A DNA stretch of 49,525 bases, taken from the NCBI GenBank assembly GCA_003971905.1, contig RSEE01000097.1:186001-235525 (forward strand), written 5' to 3'. How positions within the stretch are numbered: position 1 is the stretch's first letter; every line of letters starts with the position of its first letter. This document shows positions 21,438 through 33,473 of this stretch, piece after piece. The notes beneath the pieces are model-generated. The model was not told the origin of the DNA and made no database searches. It was given only the letters and a program-made list of their open reading frames with translations. The position numbers and the translations under genes were made by a program. Source of the DNA: Moniliella sp. 'wahieum'. Lineage: Eukaryota.

Positions 21438-22779
21438 GAGCAATCTGTCGGGCAGATTGTCTCGGCCTTGCGACGATCTTGCCGCCAGCGTCCCTTGTCG
21501 CGAAATTGTGGCAACACTGTGGTGATAGTCTGGCGAAAACGACAGTTAATCTTGCGGCAAGGTCCGCGACAACCTTGTAACCGGAAATTTCGATTAGCTA
21601 TGCACTAGGTTATTAGTCACTAACAACAGTCACTTTAGTCATTAGCAGCCCCACAGTCTGACAGATCGAGTGCCCTGTCGGACACCGAAGAGATGCCGAC
21701 ATCAGGATCTGAGATCGGGTGCTATCTGAATCAGAAGACTCGTCTGAGGAGCTGCTCCAGTACTGCTTCCCAGGCTCTGAAAAGCGTGCTGGGAATGGCA
21801 GCTTGTCACATGTCAATGGGCTGTGCCCAAGAAGTGCGGCCCACATCCACGTATCATTCCTTTAGCGTCTTGAGCGCTGAGCGGAGAGGTTAGAATATAG
21901 GAGAACGGCGCATTACCACCCTGCCTCAGACCTCCGGCCTCTCAGGTCTCACCTTGGCCTCAGCCTCAGATCTGAGGCGAGTTGGAAGGATGCAGCAGAA
22001 GCGTGGCTTGGTGGCCACCGTGTTGGAAGGAGACATGATTGCTGGAGTTTAGGATAGTGTGGTGGTGTTGTGGATGCTGGTCCGACGCTGGTTCCTCGCG
22101 TGACGCGGTGCCGCGTGCCGCGTGAGGGTGACGTGAAGTGACTTGGTAAGCTTGGGTCCCGGTGTTAATGATCGAAATCAGTGACGTAGTGGCGCATGAC
22201 GCGTGACGAGTGCTGGTGATGCAAATGCATGATGCGTGACGAACGACATGCATAACCGCATAACGCGTGAGGGTAACGGGTGACTGGGACAGGAACGCAA
22301 CAGGGTACACCGCCCGTGTGCCGCCTGCTGGGTGATGCACGCCAAGCTGCGGCAGGATGGGTGACGGGATCCAATGCCACTGGAGCAGTGCCCGGCAGGG
22401 GGTGGCACAGGCCGAGCACAGCTGAGGCGACGCGCTAAGCGCCAAGCGGTAGCAGCCCAGGCCATCGGCGCAGTACAGCCCGATCGGCGATGTGGGCAGC
22501 AGAGCGGATGGGCGGATGGAATCTGGAGGGCGCAAGTGGATCCAGTCGATGACGCCTGGCACCCGCTGTTGGTACTTGGTACGCAGTGTTGGTGCACCCT
22601 GGCCGGCCGCTGTAAGCCGACTGGGGATGTGGACGGGCGCTGCTGCACCCTGTCTTGCGTCCAGTCTCCCTGTGTCACATGCACTTCTCCATGTCGCATG
22701 TCGGGCCCAGCGATCGACCCCAGCTACAGCAATATCCACTCGCAAGGGTCGTGCCAGGTACTTAGGCCATGGCCCTAGC

Positions 22780-24568
22780 ATGACGCTTCCTCGCTTGCGC
22801 CCTCCGCCTCCGCCTCCGCCTCCCCCTCTTCCTCCCTCCACCTCACTTCGCAAGCCACACGCCGCAAGCCTCCTCCTCGCCCCAGCCCCACACCCGCGCC
22901 CAGCGTAAACCCTTTGGCCATGTGGCTCGCTTCTCTACCTACCATCAGCTGCGCCTCTCCCACCGACCCCGCCAGATCCGCCGCTGCGACTGCCCCCCAC
23001 TCACCCAATGTGTCCCCTACCACCTCTCCATCCCTCTGCCCACGCTCAACAAGTCAACCTACGTCTCCCACCCCACCTTCTCCGCCACGCTCCCCCAGCC
23101 CCTTCGTCTGCTTTGCCCCTGTGGATGACCGACATCCCTCAGGCGCCCTACTCCTCCACCATGCTCCAGCCAGCCCCGACCCCCATCTCTGGACAGGCAC
23201 TCTTTCCTGTGATCACCGTACCCCACGACCCCATGGCCTCCGTGCACGCGCCGCGGCTCTTATGCCTCGCATTCCCCACGGGGCTCCTTGGTGGGTGGCC
23301 GGCTCAACTGGTGCGACATGATCTGCCAAACGTTGGCCGAGGTGCCAGTACCAAGCTAGTCGTCCAAGACCTGTTTCTTTGCATGTGCCACAAACTTTCC
23401 TGAAATATACGAGTGGGCCGTGGGCAAGAATTGGGAGGTGCTCGGAAGCATCTCTCCTTTTCTGAGCGTAGTGTGTGAGACTGACCCATCATCCCTCCTT
23501 TCCTTCCTCTCCCAGGCCAAAGTCAAGAATCGGATCAAATCACCTTGTCCATCAAGGGGCACATTTTCCAAAAGATTCTGCGCCCCCTCTGTGCGGGCAA
23601 GGGGCGTGGTGGGCGTTGCAGCCTGATGCGCTGGAAGAATGGCGGACGGGCAAGAAGGCAGTTGTGATTCGCACCATGCCCGGGCAGCCCGAACGCCGTG
23701 CATCCCGTCCCACACCCACCGTCCAAGCAGCGGGCTCGGGAGGGATGTCTCTCCGTGAGGCCAAGTCTTTGCCTAACATTCATTCCATCTCGCATCAACA
23801 GAGCCGCCTGTGCCCACCCTGGGACTCAATTGGGAACCTGGTGTGGAGTCCCAATTTCCTTTTGGCGTACAACCGCTCCCTCCCTTTGGACCTTCTATGC
23901 CTACATCCTTTGTTCCACAGAGACTCGTGTTTCCCGGAGCGCCCAAGCGTGCAAGTGTGCGTGGCTAAGCCAAGCCCGGCTCCCCATGCACAACATGGCT
24001 CTTGCCCCGTCGCCCCAACTAGAAGGACAGATGTGCCTATCCCCCTCACTCCTTTCCACCCCTGGGTTCGCCCCTTCCTCCCTCTCCCCGCAAATAGAGA
24101 CGTCCACCTTGCCCACACCCGTCGTGCCGCTTCAACACTTGTCTTCTGTACCCGATCTGGCCAACCAAAAGGGGAGGGATATGGTCCCTTTGCCTTCTGA
24201 CTTTCTCCCCTTTGTGCGGATCGGCTTTGGACTTGGATTTGATGAGCTCCGGCTTGCCTGCCCAACTACCGGCCATGGCCTCGCCAGCACTGCCTGCCCC
24301 ATCAGTGCCGGTGTGCAAAGGACAACACATCCCCACCGTCGTTCTTGATGAGCCAACACAGCCCACAGACAACCGTGACGAGTCTAGCTGTTCAGCCTTC
24401 CAGGCGTCTGATTCACCGTACATACACCTTAGCGGTGCCACCCCCCTTCTCTCTGGTGCCAGTCTCGTCCTGCTCTCCCCCGCGCGGTTATTGGACATCC
24501 TGTGCATGCCTATAGACCGAATCCGTTGCCTTTCTTATTCCCCTCCTCCATACGCTCTGCATAAGTAA
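22780..24568 (+). CDS. Forkhead/winged-helix transcription factor (Ustilago Fox1-like); start uncertain
   Basis: After removing an intron at 23438-23515 and correcting 1-nt indels it reads KLVVQDLFLCMCHKLPEIYEWAVGKNWE|AKVKNRIKSTLSIKGHIFQKILRPLCAGKGAWWALQPDA. This corresponds to the forkhead helix 3 and wing (NSIRHNLS..F.K..R..GKG.YW). Confidence 0.75.
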
Positions 24569-25851
24569 CCATGGGATACATTATCCTTTTTCCTGACGTG
24601 CATATGCGCCTTTGTATCTTCCCCCCCTTCTTCCACGCCTATACAACGCTGTACCAGTCTCGGCATGTTTTTCCCGTCCAGTATCACATTCTGCTCCCGA
24701 GACAGTGTGGTGCAGCGCTAGTGCCTAGTGACTTTAGTGTGTTTAATGAATGGCGTGCTACTGTAGTCTTCGCAGGTCTTCGCTCCTTCGTCAGTAACAA
24801 GTAACTTGCGCTGTGGAACTGGAGAATCAACAAATTGAGAATGCGCAAGATGAGAGACCGTGGAAGGGTAGGTAGATGGGAAGTTGCTGTTGGCATAGGC
24901 GGGCGCGCGCGCCATACACGCACAGCATTTTTCAGTCCGACTGATCCGGCGTCGAAGACACATAGATACTACGCGGCTTACGCGTTAGGCAAGGGCCCTT
25001 TTCTGTGTAGATCCAACGCTTTTCAGCCTTCTCAGGCCGAGGCCAGAGTAGGTAGGAGCAGGTATTGGGCCTCTTCCTTCAAGCTCCACCGGCCAGCGTG
25101 CTGATCGCCCTGTTCCACGTGCGCTCCTTTAATTCCTCCACATTCCACAATCTCAGAATGCTCGAGTAGAACTAGAGAACAACGATATAGCCAGTAGAAC
25201 GAGTGTTGAGAATGTAGTGCTCGAAAACCAACACCAGGCGGCCTCGGCCTATCTAGCCCACAGAGTTATCCTGGACGCTACCAGCTACTAGTAACAAGTG
25301 ACTAGCGCCAAATGGAGCACCAGGCGGGTTTCTCTCGAAAGTTTCATAGAGAGGATTGGTGGGGTGCAGCCTGGTGCTGCCGTTGACATTCTCCGCACCA
25401 GACGAGCCAGTCTACCACACTGCCCGTCCGCTGGCTCCGCAGCAAACCACTCCATCACGCGGCACACTGCCCCTCGCCCTTGTTCAACGGCGATCCGTTC
25501 CCTGCCCCCGCGCCTGGAATGCTTGTCGGGCAGCGCGGCGCCACGGCGCCGCTTTCACGACACATGCTTCTTTTCTTCTACTGGCACGCCCGCGCGCGCT
25601 TTTGGGCCTCCGATCTCAACGTCAGCGTTCTCAACGGTGAGTTAACCGCCCTCGAATCTTTTTTGGCCGCAATACAAAAGGATAGCCTTGGCCACTCTTG
25701 TCATCTATCTACCACCTACCACCCTACCACTCACAACCTTCACAACCCCGCTCACCAGCGTCGCTCTTTCTGCTACTGTAGGTCTCTCCCCCCGTCCCGC
25801 CTTCTTGCATCGCCCGCTAACCCCCTTCTTTCTCTTTCGCTTTCATTGCAG

Positions 25852-26699
25852 ATGTCTGCTGCCCCTGTGACTGCCCCCACGACGGAAACCCCTGTTGCCG
25901 CGCAGGCCGACGTCGTCGCTCCTGCCGTTGAGGCGCCTGTGGTTGAGGCCACTCCTGCCCCGCGCTGAGGAGATCAAGGAGCCGGAGAAGCCCGCGGAAG
26001 AGGCTGTGGCTGAGATGAGGCCGAGGCCAAGCCGGCCGAGCCCACTCCGGCTGCCGAGGAGGCCAAGGAGGAGGCCCCCAAGGAGGAAGAAGTTTCCAAG
26101 AAGGAGAAGAAGGTCGAGCCCAAGGCCAAGCGCACCTCTTTCTTCCACCGTCTTTTCGCCCCCCTCTCCTTGAAGAAGAAGACCGAGGCGCCGGCCAAGG
26201 AGGAGGCCAAGCCCGTTGAGGCCCCGGCCACCGCGGAGGCCACGAAGGAGGAGAAGCCCGTTGAAGAGGCCAAGGAGGAGAAGCCGGTCGAGGAGGCTAA
26301 GGAGGAGAAGCCTGTCGAGGAGGCCAAGGAGGAGACGCCTGCTACTGAGGAGGCCAAGGAGGAGGAGAAGCCTGCTGAGACCCCGGCTGAAGACAAGCCT
26401 GCCGAAACCAAGGCCGTCAAGGTCGCGGAGGATGCTAAGGCTGACGCCCCTGCTCCTGCCACGGAGAAGGCCGGCCGTCGCTTGAGCCTCAAGGTCAACA
26501 AGCCGTGCCTCGTTCTTCGGACGCACCAAGAAGGCGCTCGAGGAGGCCGCCGAGAAGCTTGAGCACAAGAAGTCCCCGCCGCGAGGTGGTTGACGAGAAG
26601 ACGGCCAAGCCCGCTGAGAGAGCCGCCGAGGTCACCAACGAGAAGGTGGCTGACGTCGAACAGCCTGCCCCGGCCGCTGCCCCTGCTGCGACGGCTTAA
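25852..26699 (+). CDS. Acidic Ala/Glu/Lys/Pro-rich disordered repeat protein
   Basis: ATG directly follows a 5'-UTR intron acceptor (GCTAAC..GCAG). Strong GAG/AAG/GCC codon bias. Motifs KRTSFFHRLF and AGRRLSLKV. TAA at 26697-26699. Confidence 0.75.
26245..26334 (+). repeat. 27-bp coding tandem repeat (KEEKPVEEA) x3.3
   Basis: AAGGAGGAGAAGCCNGTNGARGAGGCY units start at 26245, 26272 and 26299. Confidence 0.9.
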
Positions 26700-27575
26700 G
26701 CGGCTCACGCTCTTCTTTTTCGTGTGCCTACCGGCATACTGTCGGCCCATTTTTCTGTTCGGTGAGTTTCATCGAACGCCATACCCGCCGACCCCATCGC
26801 CTTGGCAAATTGCCAGGGAGATGTGAACATTCCTGCCACACACTTGTTGTGTGGAAAGATACACCCAGTCGAGCACCGGTCCTTGCTACTTGTGGCAGGA
26901 CTGCTGCAATATTACCCGCCGCCTCTGCGTATCTCGTTGTACTGCAAAGGTCGCTTTCCCTCCCTTGTTTCCCCCCCCTCCCCCCCTTTCGTTTTTCAAC
27001 GACATCTCGTACTCCTCCCGTTTTGGCGTTGTCTTATAGACCTTGACATGTTTGCCATAGATATCTGTTTTAATCCGTGGTCGCCTTGGGGATTCATGAG
27101 CTTGCTCTCAACCTCTAGAAGATGGTTTGCACGGCCTAATGATCCTTGTTTCCCAGCGATATCCTAAGTGCAGTGGTAAAGCGACGAAAGGTGCTGGGTT
27201 GAACGTTGAACGTTGAACACAGACGTGGAAGAGAAGAAGGAGGAATGGCACTATAATAGCAGGGCTGCGAGAGAGCACATGAATACTGGTGCGGTGCCGT
27301 ATGTGTAAGAAGGCCAGAGTGATGTGGAGGTGGCTGTCCCTCGGACCTTGGCCAACAGGCCCATTCCTCCCTATACATGAACGAAACAAGGAACGAAGGA
27401 AGCATCCCAGGAGCGCCAGTCAAAACGGCTCGTTGCGCGGTAGGTGTGGGCAAAAAAATTGCTCTTGGGCTGTGAAACGGCTGCATGTGTTGTACCCCCA
27501 ACTCCGCACAGAAGCGGAATCGATTAAACGACGGCTACTTGCAATTTGGTGGGCCCCGGCCCACTGCCATATCCC

Positions 27576-29460
27576 ATGCCCACTCCCACTACCTCCTCTA
27601 TGGACCCCAGCTCGTCCCGGGGCCAGTCCCCGCCTCCTTGGTATGCACCTACGGAGGATGCGGCGATGGCAGCGTTTGGAAGCACTTTTTTGTCTCTTCT
27701 ACGCCCTCTGCCTTGCCCTTTCTCCCGACCCGCACACGCCGCAGGCCGCCAGCAGCGGCGCGGGGTCGTGGCTCTTGGGCCCGCGTCGAGGGCAAGTAGC
27801 CGGAAGATTCGATGAAAGGGGAGGCGAACGGCGGGATCAAAGAGGCGGCGGATCAGGGGCTGGAATGCGAGGTGGACGAGCAGGTGGACGGCGGGCGGAC
27901 GGGGAGGCTCAAATGGGGGTGGTCGATCAACTGGCCCAGTTCTGGCCCAGGATTTATCTCGCCCCCCGCGATTGGTGTTGCGCGTCCAAGGCGCCAGTAC
28001 CACGACATCCATCAAGCAGACCACCTCGACCTCCTCCTCCTCCCCATAATTCCCATCGCCCGTATCCTCGTGATGACTATGTCCATGCGCCCCGAGGGCG
28101 AAGGGCAGCGCCTAGAGGGAGAGGGCAGCACCGAGGCGGAGGGGCGCAGCCGACCGCGCCCCCTCTTCGAAAAAGCCCCGAATATCTCCCTCCAACGACA
28201 CTTTGGCCAGTCTCGAGGCTGCTGACGCACTCGACTTTCGAGCGTTAGAGTTGGCTGGCTATCCGCGCTCTGTCCTCGCTCAACCCTCCCGCAGTTGCGC
28301 CAGTCCAAAGCGAATGAAGAAGATGTCCAACGGGCCACACGCGAAGCGGCCGGAGATCCAGACCGACAAAGGGATCTGCTTCGTGGCTATCGCAACTTTC
28401 GCGGCGTGTGCTTCCAATGTGCTCGTTTGGAGCGGGATGGATACCCCAAGGAAGTCTGCGATGTCAACCTTTCTGCTCAAGAACGGCCCGGCTCGTACAA
28501 AAAGAAGACGATCGTCGCCGCGATTTTCGCTATGCGCAGCAGCAGGAACATGAACTGTTGGAACAGAAGAAGGCACAGACTCCACCCCCCCTAAGACGCC
28601 TGATCCATCCACAACGCTGGACCAACCGGCCTTGGAACCCAGTGAGGCCAATGAGTTAGAATCCTCACCACTGCCTTCCAGCCCTGGATCAGCTACTGCT
28701 TTGTCTGACAATGGTTCAAGGCGTCCCTCTTTACCCGCCGCATATGGCGGTTCGTTTGAGGCCGAAAGCTCCTGTTCTGAAGTTGAGTGGGTCCGATCCC
28801 CGACACAGAGGATGAGTTGGAACATGTCGACGATGATGTGTGGAGCTTGTCCACCCCTCCTCTTCTCCTGTGGCGTCTGCAAGAACCCGGAAGGATCCCA
28901 GTCCCCTGCCCCGTTCGGGCAAGCGCAAGCGGGTCATCGTCAGCTCTTCCCCGGAACCCGGCGAGGGGAAGGGGGTCCATCCTTCTTGACTTTGCCTCCA
29001 ATGGACTTCTGGATGATGAGCCCCCCAATTTAGGCCCGTCTACGAATTCATCGCAACAGCAGGCATCGCCCCCGTCTGCACTGCCAACATCGACATCTGC
29101 CGTTCCCTTGTCTACCGAGCCTCTTCGACTCATGGCCATTCCGTGGACGCACCATCCTGTTCTCGCCACATCCCCACTGCTCTGCCCCTTCTTCTCCATC
29201 TGTCCCAGTCCCCGAGGGGAGGGTCATCGTGTCCAGTTACCCGAGGCCCCATCCCATCCTATCAGGGTGAAGGAAGAAGGTGGCGGAGCGGAGCTTCTTT
29301 TGCGGGCGTGCAACCGCATTCAACGGATGCTCAAGGCCCAACCTTGAACGAGGGCGGGGAACAGCTACACCTCATGTACCGTGACCCACTTGCACTAGCC
29401 CCATCCTCCTCCTTGGCTGGAACGACGATCAAAGCTGAATTTCAGCCGCACCTCCCCTAA
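27576..29460 (+). CDS. Hypothetical RGG/Pro-rich protein, probably the N-terminal part of the downstream WD40 gene
   Basis: Chain of overlapping plus-strand ORFs with RGG tracts and GYRNFRGVCFQCARLERDGYPKEVC. No evident intergenic gap before 29487. Confidence 0.4.
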
Positions 29461-29486
29461 GGTCCGCTGATCTAGCTCCGGCTCCT

Positions 29487-30789
29487 GTGCTGTGGACTGG
29501 CGCATCTGCACTGGGATCTTCCTCCTCCGTTGGGACGACGATTTCCGCGGACGTTTACGCCCCTCCCCTGAGCTCGGCTGTTCTGCCAACATCCTCGGGC
29601 AGTCCAATTACTTTCCCTCAGTTGGGTGCGGAGCAATCGCCAGCAAGTGTGCCCTACCTGCCCCCCGGAATGACAATGCGTTGTGCCGAGAACTGCATCA
29701 CGTGGCCATTCCGAGTCAACTTTATGACGCCCCTCCAAGCTAGTCCTCACACACGGAGTACAAGTGCGTCGCAATTTGATACACTGGTTGTTGCTAGTCC
29801 TCGGGGCCACTTGGGGTACGTCCGGACCGATAGGTCAGAGCAAGCCACCTTGGCTGACCCTCCTGGCATCAAGACCGAGGGGTTCCAGGTGCACGATTTT
29901 CGCCGCATTACCTCTCGCGCTTCCGTCTTGGTCGCTTCAACTGGAGTTGCAACCGGGACAGAGCAGCCGTTTCAGGCGGCCATCCTGATGTCGGACGGGT
30001 CGGGCGGGCAAGAGGTGGTGTGTCATGTGCTGGAAAATAAACCTCACAATATGGGTGCGACCTGTGTGTCGGGCTTTCCCAAGGGAGCGAAGACGTTGCC
30101 TTTGCCACGGGCGGCTCAGACTCGAGTGTGTACTATTGGGCGTGGGCTTCGACGATGGAACAGGGCTCGCTCAACACAGCGGCGACGACGATGCGGTTGC
30201 ATACGCTGCACCAGGGCCAAGCGCTGCATGCGTTGGAGGTGCTCCCTTCGACCGCGCTGGACAAGGCACGGGACAACAAGACGAGCTGCCGCACCCCAGC
30301 CGCTGTCTCGTGTCGTGCAGCACGGGGGCGAGCGCCAGCCGCGCAGGCCGGCTCGTGGCTGGGACATCCACGCGCACAAGGAGCGCTTTGTCTGGACACT
30401 GTCCGACCGGTACTCGCGCCTGCTACGCACGCCCAAGGTCGATCTCATGCTCGCCACGTGCCTGCGTGCGGACGCGGAGAAGCTCAAGCTGTGGGATGTG
30501 CGGCAGGGCGCGGTGCCGGTGCGCGTGTTCGGGTGGGCGTCGGCGACGACGCCGCGGCGGCTGGCTCGGGGCGCATTCCACCCGGTGCGGACGATGCTGT
30601 ATGCGCAAGGATGCGACGACGGGCGGGTGCGCGTGTACGACCTGCGCAAGCCGGCGGTGGCGGTGCACGATGTGGGCGACCCGCAGTTTGACCGTCCGTT
30701 CGGCGACCTGTTCTGGCAGGACGAGGGCGTGGTGGGCGCCCAGGGCGCCTCGATTGTGTCCTTCTCGGGCTGCTGTAGGCTGGATCTAA
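29487..30789 (+). CDS. WD40-repeat protein (beta-propeller)
   Basis: HNMGATCVS..FATGGSDSSVYYW (across a frameshift), LKLWDVRQG, AFHP..YAQGCDDGRVRVYDLRKP. Confidence 0.75.
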
Positions 30790-31074
30790 TGCATAAAGAG
30801 CAACCTCCCATGGATGCGCATCCGCCTCGCGTGACGCTTGGATGGATATGGGCGTGGGGACCCGAGAGTGTACACCTCAATGGATGCAATGCCCAGGGGC
30901 TGCCGCAGACAGGGCGGCAGTGGCTGTGCTCCACCTGGGCCGCACCGCCCGCCGTGGCCTGTGCGTCGATAAAGTAGTGCATTGCCTATTCTCTGCCTTA
31001 GTATTAGTTTCTGGCTGCAGCTTATAAGAGGGCAGGGGCGCAACTACCCCCGTTCGCCCCTCACCCCCCCCCCA

Positions 31075-33062
31075 ATGAGCCTGTTTGACAAGTTCGAGAG
31101 TGCCAGGGACAAGGCCCAGCAGGCCGCGCAGAAGTACGGCTTTGGGCCGAGCCAGCACGACCACCCTCCCCATCCCCGCCCCACCGCATCGGGCGGCGCT
31201 CTCCAACAGGGCACACAGGCTCTTGGACAGGCCAGCTACGTCTACAGACAGCCACATCCCGGGGTGCCCCCTCCGCCGGGCCCCAGCCACAACCAGGCCC
31301 ATTCCCCACCTTCAGGCCAGCAGCCAGACGTGCCTCCCCCACGCTCCCTCCCTATGCCAGTGGCGGAACCACCAGCTCCTTCCAACTTCCCCACTTGTTG
31401 CGCCAGGGCGTTGCCCAGTTTGACCCGCGCTTGAACGCTAACAGAGCGTTTTTCGTGTACAATGCCGCGCTCAAGGGTGTCGGTCGACTTTGATGCACTT
31501 GACCGCGAGCTCCACAAGCTGGCCCAATCTTCCTACGAATATTCCCAAGACCATCTTGGCTCCCGTCGACTCGATGGCGTGGGCGATGTGGTGTTGGTGG
31601 ACATGCTAGACCGCTTTGCCTACACTTCGGCATTGCAAGGCGATCTGTTTCAGGGCCATGCCAAGAGACTCGAGGAGGCGCGCAAGGAACAAAAACATAT
31701 GTGGCTCGCTGCTCCGACCGAGTCGGACGAGCTGCTGCAGGCTCGTCTTCACCGCATCCGCCTTCATCGGCAACTGAATGAACTTCGTGTCGAGGCGAAC
31801 AAGAAACCCACTTCACCCCAGGCGAAAAAATTCCATGACGTTCAAGTCGAGCTCACCAAACTCGAGGCCGACGCTGGCCCCAAGGAGGTGGAGGCAGCAT
31901 ATGCCAAGGGGCTCTTGTTCGTACCTACTATGAGAAACGAGGGGATGCGCTGGCGCAGCTTGGGGCTCAACTGATCGAGTTGGGGCGGTATGAGAAGCTG
32001 CTCGCCCGCCAAATCCCACAAGCAGCGGACCAGAGCCGGATTTCGGACCCTGTCACGTTCTCCTCTGAGAGCGAGGAGAAGCATGACCGAGACGCCAAAC
32101 CAGCGTGGTCTGGCGCGATCCTCACGAGCGAAATCTTTGCTGCCCTTGATGTTGTTCAGATTGATACCTCCGATTTGCTCAATGTACCTTCTTCCCAGAC
32201 TCCCGCGGCACAAGTTGACAACCAGGCTATCGTCACCACCCTTCCAGCACCGCGGACTTGGTCAAGCCCACAACTATCACTAGCACGGGTCTGAGCCCGC
32301 TCGCGAATAGCGCGGGGAGGGAGGAGAGAGGACGAGCCAAGGATCTGTGCTACCTACCTCGTCTGCCTCTGAACACGGTGCCGGAGGACCGGATGCTCAC
32401 GTCACTTTAGCCCTACTTCCCAATAAATATGCGTTCGAAGCTGATCCTAGTGCGCCAGCGGTGATGCTGCCAACAACGGATCATCCCACCGCCACGGTCG
32501 CCCCCCCGCTTGCGCTCCAACCCGGTGCGCAGGACACTGGGAAACCCGGCTCCAAGGCCAGAGGTGCCTTTTGAAGCGGAGCCTGCGCAGAACAGCATGC
32601 TTTCATCCCCGCCTGCGAAGAGTTCCACGATACCCATGAGCCGATCGAGTGCTCGCCCGCGGAATAGGTGTGGGCCACCCCCGTGCGGCGTGATACGGAG
32701 GAGTATGGCCAGGCAGGCTACAACCCCTTCACTACGAACAACGTGGTACCTCCACCGACGGTGGGGCTGGTCAACCCTTGGGCGAGTATGGGGGAGGAGG
32801 GACAGCAGACGTCGTCGACGTCGATGGACCAACTGTCACCTGCCGCCCCGTTGTCGGCAGCTCCAGCTCCAGCTTCCGCTCCCGCTCCATCAGCACAGGC
32901 GGCCGTAGCTCCGCCATCCGCTACACCCGACCTGGAGACGCTGCGGATCCAGGCTGCGCGCGACGCCAAGGAGAAGGAGGCGCAGCTGACAGGGCGCGCG
33001 CAGCGCAGCAGAACGAGGATGCAGACACGGAAGGCGCACCGCCCCCGCCTTACCACGGATAG
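31075..33062 (+). CDS. Pil1/Lsp1-like (eisosome BAR) protein with NPF and PPPY motifs
   Basis: DVVLVDMLDRFAY..FQGHAKRLEEARK..RIRLHRQL..KKPTSPQAKKFHDVQVELTKLEA..LIELGRYEKLL parallels the Pil1 BAR domain. Tail contains YNPF and NPW and ends GAPPPPYHG*. Confidence 0.65.
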
Positions 33063-33473
33063 GAGGGTGGGGGGGGGCAGCCCCTGGTCCGCTCCAGCCA
33101 GGACGAATTGGATGTTAGAAGAGCCGAGCTGGAGTTGAAATTGAACGCTGGATACGTAATGCGCGGGGTAGGCGGGCGGAATTGGGGCAGGCGCGGCGAT
33201 GCGCCGTTCGAACCGGCGGTGCTGGCGTGCACGGGGCAGCACCAGGCAGCACAGCACACACCCGCAGGACGGTCGATCCAGTTCGCAAACTTGGCGCCTG
33301 TCCGCCGCCGCCGCCGCTCGCTCTCTCCACCTCACCACCTTCGCGCCCCGTCTTGAGGTATGTCCTCCCGTCCCTCCTCTCCCACCACCACCACCACGGC
33401 TGGCACCACGGCCCCCATCCTCACCGCGTCCGATGCTGCTGCCGGTTCTAACCCTGCCTGCTAGACTGCCGCC

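Larger units (their letters stand above)
14360..21900. mobile_element. Lower-GC transposon-derived island (CMC/CACTA-related element plus orphan ORFs); edges approximate
   Basis: Visibly more AT-rich than the flanking genes. Contains transposase motifs, a 22-bp tandem array and orphan zinc-finger ORFs. No convincing TIR or TSD found. Confidence 0.55.

Noticed and set aside
14362..21610. Weak inverted similarity GCAAGCTAATGA (about 14364) versus the reverse complement of about 21590-21605 as TIRs
   Set aside because: The match is short and gapped with no TSD, so it is not distinguishable from chance.
21613..21893. Possible hAT dimerisation-domain relic (SEIGCYLNQ)
   Set aside because: The diagnostic WW and SERxFS motifs are absent.
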